64,000 bases of DNA from Ostrea edulis (GCF_947568905.1 NC_079165.1:71982001-72046000), one strand, 5' to 3'; positions 36,973 to 50,000 are shown, counted from the stretch's first letter. Translations and numbers: made by a program. The notes: generated by a model from the letters alone, not told the origin.

Positions 36973-39900
36973 TCAAACTGGTTGAACAACACCCTTGCAC
37001 ATCAAGGGACCGTTCGCGTGAAGGTACAAAGACGGCCAAACGACAAAGCTGATTACATTTCCCCGCTTGGTAAATTCAGTCAAGTGGTCATCCACTTTAC
37101 TTTGTTCCTTTGGCCACAACAATTCCATGGGTGGGTCTTGAATAGCAAATAGCCAACAAATGCGAACACAGTTTTCTAAATAAGTCATTATTTCTTTAGA
37201 ATCATTCCATTCGTTCTTCTTGATTTCATCTTCATGTTGGTTTCTAAATATCTGCAAATTAGATTACTTGTAAATATACATGTATGTGAATTACATATGA
37301 ATTGATATTTTAAAAAGCAAATATCACATGATGCTTGTATAAACATGTATGGAAATATTTTCAATCTTATCGAATGTTTAAATCATGAATTAAAACATCG
37401 CACTATAATTCAAACGCAAATCAATTTTAATTAACCTTGTCCAATTTACATTTTTATCCAAAAAAGGTAGAAAATTATAATCAAAAGTGAAGAGAACGAA
37501 CAGCGATCGATCTAATACCTCCTATAAGCATAACAAAATACATAATTGGGCAAACACGGACCCCTGGACATATCAGAAGTGGGATCAGGTGCCTAGGAGG
37601 AATAAGCATCCCCTGATGACCGGTCATACTCGTCGTGAGCCCTATATCCTGATCAGGTAAATGGAGTTATCTGTAGTAAAAATCAGTGTACCATGAACGG
37701 CCTAATGATCGGTATGAAACACGTCAGACAGCATTTGACCTAATGATAGGTTGTATTGGCAAACTAGATCGTTATAACGACCATAATGCAAATTTCTGTC
37801 TACCTCTTGAATGGCTGGTATGGCGTAAACACCTGTTTCTCGTTGTATTTGACGGACTCTTGGGCGCAATAGTTTTTCAACATTAGGTTCCACATTGGCC
37901 TACAAAATAAGAAGTTAATGTTTTATAATTCAAAATAATAAGCCGGTACAGATGATGTTAATAAGACTTGGTGGTTACTAAAACCCCATCAGTAAACCAA
38001 TGCAGTCATTCGGATATTCAGTTTTAAAACATCTAAAATTCACAAGTGGATATGCACAATTTCAGCTAATTCGCAAATACATAGGATATGAACGTTTCAA
38101 TTGTAAATTACCATTACAAAACATTTTTGAAATTAGCACATGTAATGAATAAATTGTTATACGTTTAATGTTACATGAATGCCCACGGATGAAATTAGCA
38201 CAAGCAATGAATAAATTGTTATACGTTTAATGTTACATGAATGCCCACAGGAATAAATTGTTATACGTTTAATGTTACATGAATAAATTGTTATACGTTT
38301 AATGTTACAGGAATAAATTGTTATACGTTTAATGTTACATGAATGCCCGCAGGAATAAATTGTTATACGTTTAATGTTACATGAATGCCCACAGGAATAA
38401 ATTGTTATACGTTTAATGTTACAGGAATAAATTGTTATACGTTTAATGTTACATGAATAAATTGTTATACGTTTAATGTTACATGAATGCCCACAGGAAT
38501 AAATTGTTATACGTTTAATGTTACATGTATAAATTGTTATACGTTTAATGTTACATGAATAAATTGTTATACGTTTAATGTTACATGAATGCCCACAGGA
38601 ATAAATTGTTATACGTTTAATGTTACATGAATAAATTGTTATACGTTTAATGTTACATGAATGCCCGCAGGATGAACTAAAGTTTCCTGTATCTTATTTC
38701 TGTGAGTTCTTCCTTGGTTACGACAAAACGTGTAAGCCATCTGAAAAAGGAGTATTAAAATAAATGTAGTAAGCATTGTGAAACGTCAAATTTTCGATAA
38801 GATATAAATGTATATCCAGATATACTGCATGTAAATAAGAAAACAGTCCAGTTTAGATGTACAGTCGATATCAGTAACTTTATTACCAACTTCCGTTATT
38901 GTCTTCGCTTATCATTATACTCTTACTTTAAGATTGAAACTTTTTATTAAATCTGTCCAATGTTGTTTCCCCCACCTTTAACATTTTGCCTAATTTCTTT
39001 ATTATTTCTTCTTCGCTTTTCATTCCTGACTTGCTTTGTAGTGCTTCATAAGCACTCGTCCACTCGTTGTCGTATAATTCTTTGAAATGTTCGGCAAGTT
39101 TGGTGGGCCTGTTCATATCACTAAGATCTGCGATGGACGGATTGTTGTCTCTCAACTTCTCCCCGGCAACTTTGCTTAGTCTGAAAATGTGTGTTTATTC
39201 AGAGTGATTGATTGACATTGTTTAACGTACCTCTCGAGAATCTGACACTAATGTGGAGACGTCACCACTGCCGGTGAAGGGCTGCAAAATTTAGGCCTAT
39301 GCTCGGTGCTTAAGGCCTTTGAGCAGGGAATGATCTTTACCGTACCATGCCTGCAGTGGCACAGGACCTCGGTTCCGAAGGACCGTCCCATTTAGTCGCC
39401 TCTTACGACAAGCAATGGGTACTGAGGACCTATTCTAACCCGGATCTCCGCGGGACTGTATTTATTCAAAAAGTAATTGAAAACCTAAAATCAAACGTAT
39501 TAACAGAAGCTACGAGTAAATTTCACGAAGTTCAAACACATCACGCATTTTTAATCGGTTTTATCATATTAAAATATACCTCTGGTATATCCAGGGGTCG
39601 GTGTTTGCCTAACTCACTATTTTGTATTGCTTACAGGAGTTATGAGATTGATCACTGTTCGTTATCTTCGCCTTTCATATCAGGAAGTACTTAGACATCC
39701 TCTTAAATGACTATAGTCCAAATATACAGCATGTGCTTTTTTAATTAGATGAAAAAATGAAGATGATGATCCTATAGAGAATACAAAATTAAGAGTTGGG
39801 CAAACACGAACCCCTGGATATACCAGAGGTGGGATCAGGTGCCTAGGAGGAATAAGTATCCCCTGTTGACCGGTCACACTCGCCATAAGTCCCATGTCTT

Positions 39901-42900
39901 GATCAAGTAAACGGAGTAATTCGTAGACAAAATCAGACAGTATTTAAAGAACGGTCTGATAATTGGTATATAACACGTCAGACAACCCAATGACAGGTTG
40001 TATTTGCACATTAAATTAAAATGACGACCATAGAATTTGAAAATTACTGACTTTAAATGAAATTGTTGGAACTCCTGTAACATCAATATATTTTTCAGTA
40101 TCCAGTCTCAATTTAAAAATTTATCAAACACAGTACATGTTCTTGCGTATCTAATCAGCTGAGAGGCATAAACACCACATGCAGGTGATAGTGGAGTATT
40201 GCTCCATAAATGTGGGAAGTAGGTGATGGAGAAGCTGGAATAATCCCGTTTGTCATGAAGTTGAGTTATTAGTTTGCAGTTAACATTCATGTTCAATGAA
40301 ATATTCAATTATGAAGCAGATATGGGAGACTCTGAAGAGCCTTTCATTTCGATTTCATTTGGATATATCGAATGAAAATAGTATTGTTAATAGTTGTCGA
40401 TATAGCTAAATGTCGAGATGAACACCAAGAATCGTTTTCTTGAAAAATTGACAAATGTGCTTTTGTCTTATGTCAATATTTGTGAAAAAAAAATTAATAA
40501 ATTAAAAAATAAATAAATAAATAAAAATGGTTTTCTTATCAAGACATGTAGAAACATTTGAATAAATTCTGCCTTGCGAGAATACAAAACCAGGTCAGCT
40601 AATAATGGGAACATATCGTACCCATGGGAATTCCAATAGTCTTTTGGAAGACCTTATCATCGCAGACCATATCAATGTTCAAGATATTCAAAACAGAAAG
40701 ACGATGATTCAGAATGAATTCGATTTTACTATTTCGGGGCTACAGGAAACATACTATTTCAAAACGATAGGAAAAGCAAGGAAAAAAATCCCCAAACTTG
40801 GTGCAATCTCGATTAATTCCACTTACCTTGTTTTAAGTTCACTAATTTCCATGTTTTTTATTGTCATTTCGTTACTTTCACTCGTTTTCAAAGGCACTGA
40901 TTTCGAGGAGCCATCATATTCGTCATTTGGTCTAGTTGGTGTTGCTTTATGGGAGCCCTGCAATGATATATATATTTACATTTCCAATGTGTTTGCCTTC
41001 AATATTTTTACTCACTACAATGATAATCATTTCCTCGTGATTGCAATGATGATGTGAACAATGTGCGTATGAATCTTCCTAAAGATAGTACGCCTATTTC
41101 AACGGCTGGGAATTCCGACAGAAATGAACATGAAATATAAATATAAAAACAAGTCTCATTTTTAAAAATACATGAGGGTATGAACTTTCCACTCTTAATG
41201 TCGGTATACTTTTCATGAAGTGCTAACATGCTTTATGAAGGAGGCGTAAATAAAATTTATGTCTTAAAAATTGGTTGTGTATTGATGAATGCACAATTGT
41301 CTCATCACAGGTATTTTCATAATACGATTTATAGACGTAACTAATTTTAATTTAGCCAGACTTGAATATATTTTATTTCTGAGGATTTTTTTTTTTACAG
41401 GAATTCTACCGGGAAAATGTTAGCAAATAGAGTAGCAATGCCTAATTTCGACAGAAAGGTTTGAAAAAAGTTGAGACAATTTTTAATTCCCTCCCCACCC
41501 ATCCCAAAAGCTGTAAGAATGCACTGCGCAAAATGTTTTCATTTTTTCAGGTAAGCTGGATTCTTTGATACTGTGCTGGTTTTGGTAAATATAAAAATAA
41601 AAACACAATGTAGTGTGTTTGAAAAGAATGTATTGGCAACTTGGAGCCAGATAAGTAAAACTTTAAATACTGAGAACAAGAAGAATGCGCGCCTGGTTCC
41701 TATGAATTGAATGATTTGAATTGACAATATTGTATGTATTGAATTATTTGGTGACAATTTTGTCACATATATATTAAAAACTTTGATTGCCGCTCACCTG
41801 AATCATAGTCATGTGGTTTTTGTTGAATTGAAAATTGACATTTTAATGATTAATGTTTGGGATTTATTGCAAATCGTTTCATTGTCGTAATCAGAAATGA
41901 GAAAATCTGCAGTTGCTTGATTTTATGATATAACATTAGGCAATGGTGTAATTTGGCCTATACAATGTGGGTGTCAATATACAGAATTTTCATAGTAACA
42001 TTTTAATGTAAAACTTCAAAATTTTACTCATTGCCTAGTTGTCAAGACCAACAACAGCCACAATGAGGAGGGGTGTTGTTTTAAAAGCACTAAGTACAAT
42101 GAATAAAACTTTTATAGGTAAACATATTGTTATGTCTTTATTTCAATCCCAGGACAAGGTCAGCTTACAAGTACATGTACACTACAATTATTTTGAAGTT
42201 GTGCAAGGCTGGTCTATAATAATTACATATGCGTACATGCAAGGTGAAGATAACGAACAGTGATCAATCTCATAACTCCTACAAGCAATACAAAATAGAT
42301 AGTTGGGCAAACACGGACCCTTGGACACACCAGAGGTGGGATCAGGTGCCTAGGAGGAGTAAGCATCCCCTGTTGACCGGTCACACCCGCCGTGAGCCCC
42401 ATATCCTGATCAGGTAAACGGAGTTATCCGCAGTCAAAATCAGTGTGCCAAGAACGGCTTAACAATCGGTATGAAACACGTCAGACAGCATTTGACCCAA
42501 TGCGAGGTTGTATTGACGAACTAGATCGTTATAACGACCATAGAATTTGCGAAATGCTGACTTCAATCGAGACTGTTGAAATCCCTGTACCATCAACTTG
42601 TTTGTCAGTAGCTTACCTCGATTTAAAAACTGACTATACCCAGAACAAGCTCTTGCATATCGAATCAGTTGAGATATATAAACACCATATTATTTCAAAC
42701 AATCAAACATGAATACTTTCTAGGAGTATATGTTACGTACGTGTACATCTGATGCTGAGAGGTTCGGTTTGGTATGCTTTTCATACTCCGTGATGACTGC
42801 GTTATAACGGGAGAGGTAATCGTATTGTTGCTTGTATTTACTTATTTCTTGAATTTTTCTTGATCCTACTAAGTCTAGAAATTTGATTAAATCTCTCTAA

Positions 42901-43153
42901 AAAAAAATAAAACAAAATCAAAATATATTTAGTAGCGATTTATGCAAGAATATAAACATAAAAACCGATGTGAATAACACACCGACAATGATTGTACCTG
43001 CATATCTGAGGAAATGGCGGGCACTGCCTGACAAATAGCCGAGAGTTCTCGTTTTGCAGTTTCTACATCGGAATCGCTGAAGTTTTGCTCGTAATATTCT
43101 CTTCTATCAATGCATTCGATGACTTTCTTTAAATGACGGTATCTGTCAGCCAT
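36973..43153 (-). CDS. Mieap-like paralog E (about 320 aa as modelled; extra 5' exons possible)
   Basis: Exons: 43153-42998 (MADRYRHLKK...), 40957-40827, 39180-38976 (LRDNNPSIADLSDMNRPTKLAEHFKELYDNEW), 38740-38645 (MAYTFCRNQ), 37899-37804, 37251-36973 (CWLFAIQDPP...VWPSLYLHANGPLMCKGVV). Closest to paralog D. Confidence 0.85.
37480..37785 (-). mobile_element. PLE 3' fragment in the last intron of paralog E
   Basis: Encodes ...GRYNDLVCQYNLSLGQMLSDVFHTD and the family UTR. Confidence 0.78.
38147..38670. repeat. About 14-unit minisatellite (30/42-bp variants) seeded at an exon end and donor site of paralog E
   Basis: Unit gaataaattgttatacgtttaatgttacat[gaatgccc(a/g)cag]. On minus it reads ...GTAACATTAAAC|gtataac. 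Confidence 0.92.
39205..39455 (-). mobile_element. SINE-like repeat, copy 3
   Basis: ggagacgtcaccactgccggtgaagggctgc...ctattctaacccggatctccgcggga. Confidence 0.65.
39580..39675 (+). mobile_element. Short PLE 3' end (opposite orientation to most copies)
   Basis: cctctggtatatccaggggtc...gagattgatcactgttcgttatcttcgcctttcat. Confidence 0.75.
39750..40345 (-). mobile_element. Longer, diverged PLE 3' fragment
   Basis: On minus it encodes 'KLITQLHDKRDYSSFSITYFPHLWSNTPLSPACGVYASQLIRYARTC', then the UTR. Confidence 0.75.
42240..42700 (-). mobile_element. PLE 3' fragment (well conserved)
   Basis: Close match to the reverse complement of 1880-2345. Confidence 0.8.
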
Positions 43154-44033
43154 ACTTCAACAAGAACCTGTTTCTCTTGACAAATCAAAAACATAGTGGA
43201 ATTGCCTAATGCCAATTATGTGTACAGTAATAGCAATTTGAATTTTAAAGAATAATGGAGATAATAGAAGTATTTTCATAAATATTTCGTTCAAAATTAT
43301 AAATGTAAAATCAATTACATGTAATGTTATGCCATAATTGTAACTTTGTATTGATGAAATGTTCTGAGCACGATCGACTATAGATGTAAACACTTACCTG
43401 CACTTGTCACGATCTACTTCCTGTTTTGGTTTCACGGGATTGTCATAGCAACAGCGATACAACAGACCGAGAGGCTCTTTAAAGGGAATATATATACTTG
43501 TTTATTTCTATTAGAGTTATTTCCATATCATGCACTATATCAATCCTCTCGTCGATTTTTTTAAAAGACCGAATTACAACGTTTTCAATTACGATCTTTC
43601 ATTGCTGGTATGTAATACTGGTGCACATTGTTGGTTGTTGTAACTGCAGTATGTATCTGTTTCACAAATCTAGTGTTAACATATACTACACTGCAGATAT
43701 ATGCGTGTAAAATGAAAAGGAAATGATGTACGACATGTGTATTGAATATTTAATCAGTGAGAATCATGCTGTGACATTCCTCTACTTTACCCCCCAGTCG
43801 ACCTTCCTCTACTGTCAACTTTCCGTAGGGGAAATTCTACTAAATAGTAATTTTCCGGGTGAAATACTGCTGGAGTTAATTATCGGGAAAAGATTATGGA
43901 GAGAAAAATCCGACTTTATACGCTCCTGTTTGGAAAACGTCATTTCTTTCTACATAATATTGGAGAGTCTCACTCGTACCTTGTGCATGTCAAACCTTAG
44001 ACATTAGAATGTAAACCTTATACGGTACCAATT

Positions 44034-44086
44034 TTGATGCACCAGATGCGCATTTCGACAAATAATGTCTCTTCAGTGATGCTCAA
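44034..44086 (-). ncRNA. Type I hammerhead ribozyme (downstream copy)
   Basis: 5'-TTGAGCATCA CTGAAGA GAC-ATTATTT-GTC GAAA TGCGCA TC^ TGGTGC A TCAA-3'. Intact CUGANGA and GAAA core, AUC triplet, stem I GCATCA/TGGTGC plus TTGA/TCAA, stem II GAC/GTC, palindromic short stem III ATGCGCAT. Cleavage predicted between 44045 and 44044. Confidence 0.88.
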
Positions 44087-44382
44087 CCGAAATGTTTGAA
44101 ATCCGAAATAACAATGAAGTTTTAGAGCTATTATAGGGGAAAACAGTGTGCCAAAAAGTGGAGTCAAATTCGTACAAGGATAAGAGCTATGCGTGAGGGA
44201 GATAATCATTAATTTTTAAATGAATTTCTAAATTTTATAACAGCAATTAAATATACATCCGTATTTTCAAGCTAGTAACGAAGTACTTAGCTACTGGGCT
44301 GTAGAGACCTTCGGGGACTAACAGTCCACCAGCAGAGGCCTCGACCCAGGGGTCATAATGTAAAACTTATACGGTACCAATT

Positions 44383-44435
44383 TTGATGCACCAGATGCGC
44401 ATTTCGACAAATAATATCTCTTCAGTGATGCTCAA
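44383..44435 (-). ncRNA. Type I hammerhead ribozyme (upstream copy)
   Basis: Identical to the other copy except stem II GAT/GTC (C>T gives a U-G wobble). Cleavage predicted between 44394 and 44393. Confidence 0.85.
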
Positions 44436-45064
44436 CCAGGTAGTGGATTCTCCAAATGTTCTGTAATTAGACTGAGAGTCGCGGGTCTTTAGGATGTGAC
44501 CTTAACAAACGGAGATCCGGTGTCACGGCAGGCGGGCCCTCACTACTACGCCGTGAGAGTCAAACATGTGTGCAGTGTATGCAGATGGTGACTTCTCAGT
44601 TTGAGTGAAGAATATCAAGGGACCTACAACAACTGAAAAATAACGACTCCATTACATCATAACAACACTTAGCTAATCACTTTATGACAAGGTTTCCCTT
44701 ATCGTGGAGTTTAATTGTTCAATATTGCATTTGCAAAGGAACGAAAGTGCATGTAGCCTACACCTGAATTAACCGTTATCAGCGTGAAAGTGTTTCCAGT
44801 CCTGTTTGCTATTCTTTGTGTCTACTTCAAGGCATTAGACAGGGACACGCATATCTAATTACACCTTTATATTTACATTTCCAAGGTTTTTACCTTTGGT
44901 ATCTTTAAAAATTATAATGAAACCTATTTCCTCATGAATGCGCTGCAGTTGTGAACTATGCGCGTATGAATCTTGACAGATATAGTACATCTGTATTTTA
45001 ACAGCTGGGAATTCCAACAGAAATGAAAATAGAATGTAAATACAAAAAATTAATTTCAGTCTTG

Positions 45065-45182
45065 AAAATACATGAGGGTATGAAATGCAACGCATCACAC
45101 CGGCATGCTTTCAATGAAACGCTAACGAGATTTCTAAAGTACGCCGGCGTGAAGCGGTGCACTTCATACCCTCGTGTATTTT
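45065..45182. mobile_element. Small MITE-like element with about 25-bp TIRs
   Basis: aaaatacatgagggtatgaaatgca ... tgcacttcataccctcgtgtatttt. Confidence 0.65.
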
Positions 45183-46496
45183 AAAATAAAAAAAAAATAT
45201 TTTGAATGCAAGTTTTCATGCAATGTGTAAATACTAAATCTTTATTGAGCTTGGGAAACTTGGATTGTAATTAAAAGTATAAAAACAAAAATCATTTTCA
45301 AAAATTTATTCAGGAGTTCAATTCAATGATTAAAATCAAGTTTATATGGAGCACGAAAATAGTAATAAACTTTCAGAATATCGTTAAAAAGGGCATGATA
45401 TAAGAGGCAAGATGCAAGTGGCATATACATATGTATATGTAACTGTACGAACGAGTAACATCAGAAGTCAATGATCACTAATGTTCCTCTAATCCGACAG
45501 ATTGTTCTGACAACAAGTTTTAGGATGAAATTGAAGGCTCCAGCAGACACATGCAATTTTATTTGTGAAATGGGTGAGGTTGACCAAAAAGAGTCACCCA
45601 AATAGGACGGCATTAGATATAAAGTGTTAACTCAAGTAAATATATTATACATGTATAACAAAACAATTGATAGATTAATACCATGTACAGTACTGTCATT
45701 ACAGTCCCTTGTCTAGTGGAATATCACCATTTCACACCGACAGTATTTCCCTATTATGCAACATTCAAAGGTCTAGATTTGTATTATACTGGGGTGGGTT
45801 TTTTGGAATGTGTTACTGATAGTGCTACACCTCTTGTACATATCAATAATAAGATATCACATGACATAATGACCGGACGTATAACATTTTATAAACAACA
45901 TAGTCACTTTTGGAAGTACCTGTAGAATTTTGGCATCTAGCACATCTTTGGTCTCAAACACTAAAACAATAGAAACACATCAAATACCCTGTGTTTTTTG
46001 ACAAGTGCGAGTGCACAATCTTGCGTGCAACAAATCATATCGATGATTCACTACAATATGTATATAATTCTATGTTTCTACATCTAAACGAGAACAGGTG
46101 TCGGCTCTTTTATAGAATTTATAAAGCGTGTTCAGCATTTCTTACACTGGGTTTATTTGCGGAAGGAGGCATGGAAACTTGGTAAGTTTTGATTTTACGT
46201 GAAAACTTATTGAACTACATCATGACCCATGCTATATGAATTAAAACAGCATATCCAAGTGTTGTAAGTTCATGTATTAACAATATTTCAAAACTGAGAT
46301 CACCGGTTATGTATATTGATATATTCACAGTCACTCCGTTTACCCTTAACATTATTACTGAAACTGAAGGTTAATATTTCACAAATTTTCAACTTTTGAA
46401 TTAAAATACACTAATTACTTCTTAAGAATACACTTGACCTACTCTACCTCGCGTATAAAGTGCAATCAAAATGTAAATTCAAGAAATGCTTTTCAA

Positions 46497-46766
46497 TTTT
46501 TGAAAGAATATGAAATGATATATATGTGCCTCGAGCCTCTTCAGATCGACATACATATATTTCATGGAGCGCTAACACGCCCCATTCAATATGCCGGTGT
46601 GCTAACATGCCCCATTCAATATGTCGGTATGCTAACACGCCCCATTCAATATGCCGGTGTGCTAACACGCCCCATTCAAATGCCGATATGCTAACACGCC
46701 CCGGTCAATATGCTGCTATGAAGAGACTCGAGGTACATGTATATCATTTCATGTAAATTTCAAAAA
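46497..46766. mobile_element. MITE-like element with about 45-bp imperfect TIRs enclosing 5x30-bp tandem repeats
   Basis: Left: ttttgaaagaatatgaaatgatatatatgtgcctcgagcctcttca. Right: tgaagagactcgaggtacatgtatatcatttcatgtaaatttcaaaaa. Internal unit gctaacacgccccattcaatatgccggtgt at 46571-46719. Confidence 0.75.
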
Positions 46767-47002
46767 CTGAAGAAGAAGAAATTCTTACAAATATCTTATA
46801 CACATCTTAGCCGTTTTCAATAAAATCTCACAAGCCATATCTATGATCCTTAACTTGGTGTCATTATAAAAGTACCGCAATGAAAACACAGAACTTTAGT
46901 CAATTATTCATGGTAGAGAGTGAAATTCGTCCATTTTATCTAGGCACTATGTAACCCTACTTTACTTGAGGTTTTTTTTGTTTCTCGTAAAATGACGAAG
47001 CG

Positions 47003-50000
47003 TTAAATTTTACGTTCGTGTGGGAAAACGTATCCCTTGCTTACAATCGGCCCCCTACTATGCAAGAACAACACAGGCCAGACTGATATTTTCACAATGC
47101 TCCCCTTGGTTTTGTATAATTTGTAATAGTCTCTATTTATTGTCTCCCCTTCTGTCGCCCACGTGATGACCATAGGCGGATCTTGAATGCACATCAACCA
47201 CGTCAGCTCTATACAAACGTCACCATAAGCAAGGATTGGTTTAGGAAGTTGGCGGGGCTCCAGTTGAAGTTTTTGTCTCAACACTTGTTCCCTGAAGACC
47301 TACACCACAGAAAGTTATTCATAATCAATGACTATGTACAATGTACATGCTTTTCAAACAATGTCTCCAATGATTCTTATATTTAACAAGGTACTAATTT
47401 CAACGGTTTCAGTTTTGTTGTCCTTTGGTCTTCGATAACACTGGTTTTAGAATAATTACTTTTTTATTATCTATTTACCCAGTACATTTTTGTTGGTTTG
47501 CGGGTATGGGTGTTTTTTCTTCTTTACTGAGTCTAATGTATCAATATTAACGTTGATATATACATGTACAAATAATCAAAATAACTGTCTATTTCAATGA
47601 ATTTAAAATTGGGTAAAATGAAGATTTAATATTAAAGAAAACATTTTGATTCTTTAAATGTCCTCTACAATGTTTAACTAGCACTTCCTGTTATTCTGGA
47701 ACAGACTTCAACCCTGTCGCCTCTTTCAATCCTTCCTTTCTATTCCTCAGTATTGAAAACAGCTTTACTTTCGCTCTTGTTTAGTTTGCTGTTTATTATT
47801 GAAACATATTTACAGTGTGAAATTAACATGTTGGGTAATTTTATTTCAATCGTTACTACAATTAACATTTTGTAAATCAGCAACAGATTTTCTACTTTAT
47901 TACTTTCTAAATTCTTTAATCATTTTGTGTATAGCTTCAATTGTAATTTAGGTGAAAATGTCGAGGCTGTTATTGTTTTAAATCCTTCGTACTGCAAACA
48001 AACTAGAAATTTTTGTCAATACAGTTCTGGAAATGTTCAGTCTTCTGAAATACCCCCCCCCCCCCAACCACTCTGCTTGGAACAGAAAAAGATAGATAAC
48101 ACGTGCAGATATAAAATCTAGTTTGCCAAAAGATGTTGCTTTTTTAAAAAATTTGTTGTTGTTTTTGTTGTTGCTTTGTTGTTGTTTTTTTGTTTTGTTT
48201 TTTTTTGCAAACAATACTACAGTGTATTTTGTGATTTGATGTTTTGTTCTTTACATGAATAAACAAGTCGATATGTGGAATTGAAATTAAGATGAGTACG
48301 TTTATCAAGAAATAAAATACCTGATACATTGAAACAATATAGATACATGTATATGTTGGATTTTTTTTTCAAATTACAAGACATTAATAAATATAAATAT
48401 TTCTCAAATAGATTTCAGTCCTGATAATGAATTTGGATTATAACCACAATAAACATTTCGGTCTAATAAATCAGGAACATTTTTGAATTATTTTTTTTTA
48501 AACCCTTTTTGCAAAGTACAGTATCTCTTATAGTTTAGGACTTACACCTCTACTGTCTTTTTAAATTATTTTTATTATCACAATTTGTTATTTTAATTTT
48601 TCATTGAATTTGTTTATATTCATAATTCACTGTAATTGATTTGCCATAAATTCTTTCTAAAATCTTTACCCACAATTTACCTCTTGTAACTCAGGAACGG
48701 TTTTGATCCCTGCCGCCTTTCTGAATTCTTTGGCATGCCTGCTGCACACTGATCTCAATGTTTTCCCTAGGCTTTCATCCAGTCGTAAATCAACTGAACC
48801 GATAGACAACTTCAGATTTGTCTGAAAATATTCACATATTAAATTTCTAATAAAATTACAATAAATACGTCTCACTACTGTAAAACATACAGTGGTGTTT
48901 TTTTTTCCATAAGTTAAAGATTGTTTGCCTACCGAGCTTGTCATTGAAGTGCCGAGGGATGGAGACAGGTTAAGAATATGTCTCTCCATTGATTGCGCTA
49001 AATCCGAAAGCTGAGCTTCTGATTTCTTTTTGCAGAAGTCGTAGGCATACTATTTTAAGGTAGAGAAATATGATGCATCTACATGTACTGAACAAAGCTC
49101 AATATGATATTTTAATATGGAAAACTTTAGTTGAAAGATGATTTATCAGAATTCTAATCATCAATGGAAAATATGGCTTTATTGCTTTCATACTTGTCAG
49201 TTTCTCGTTTTATTCATTTAAAGAATTATACCCTAAGTATTCTGAGAAGAACCCGCAGACATTCGTCCTCTGTGTATTTGAGCTGTGTATGGAAGGCGTC
49301 GTATGCATCAGACCATTCCTCGTCGTACAAACATCCAAACTTTTCTCCAATTTTTGTCGGTCTGTTCTTGTCGCTTAAGTCAGCCATGTTAGGGTTCCCA
49401 GCTAGTAATTGCTTGCTGGCGAAACTACTTAATCTGTAAATAGTCGAAACAAAGAACTAAATGATGGAAACGTCATTCTTCTCTTTAATGAACATGACAT
49501 CAATTTGTCCTTTTCATTATGACAACTGAAAAACTACAATTGTATATTCATCTTTATCTTATATATATATTTCTATTCTTCAAAGAGCTTCACGAGTTTC
49601 ACGAACCTCGTCGTCAGCTCATCTATTTGCATTTCCTGTTGTTTGACTTTTCTGTGCAGACGGTCGTACTCCTCTTTCGATATGAAGATGGATCCAGATC
49701 GGTATTGACTTTTGTATGCTTGTGATGATGGAGGTCTTGAGTACCTGTCATTGCCGGTTCCTTTGATAAAGCTAGTACTGAAGTCTTGTTTATTTGCGGC
49801 AGCAGTCCTCTCCTTGTTCAGTGCTATAGTAACTTCGTGTCCAGTATGAATGACTTTCATCGGACCTCCTTTCGGTAAACCGTGATGGTGAGGTGTAGGA
49901 GTTGATGGTCTGCGTTTTACGAGAACGGATCCACTTAGAGTTTGTTTCAATTTTGCTTCCCTTGGAGAGCCAGGCTAAAATTTTACATCAAATAATAATC

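Larger units (their letters stand above)
44010..44436 (-). mobile_element. Non-LTR retrozyme-like element: 349-nt monomer bracketed by two hammerhead ribozymes
   Basis: A direct repeat of about 75 bp (44013-44087 and 44362-44436) contains the hammerhead. Predicted cleavage sites are 349 nt apart. Confidence 0.82.

Noticed and set aside
40605-41057. Plus-strand 150-aa ORF with a hydrophobic stretch
   Set aside because: It overlaps the minus-strand exon 40957-40827 of paralog E. The hydrophobicity is an antisense artefact of an A-rich exon.
44020-44056. Alternative hammerhead fold with a 5-bp stem III (TGCGC/GTGCA) and cleavage after the second ATC
   Set aside because: This fold leaves no proximal stem I pairing. 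The short palindromic stem III fold gives a perfect GCATCA/TGGTGC stem I and is preferred.
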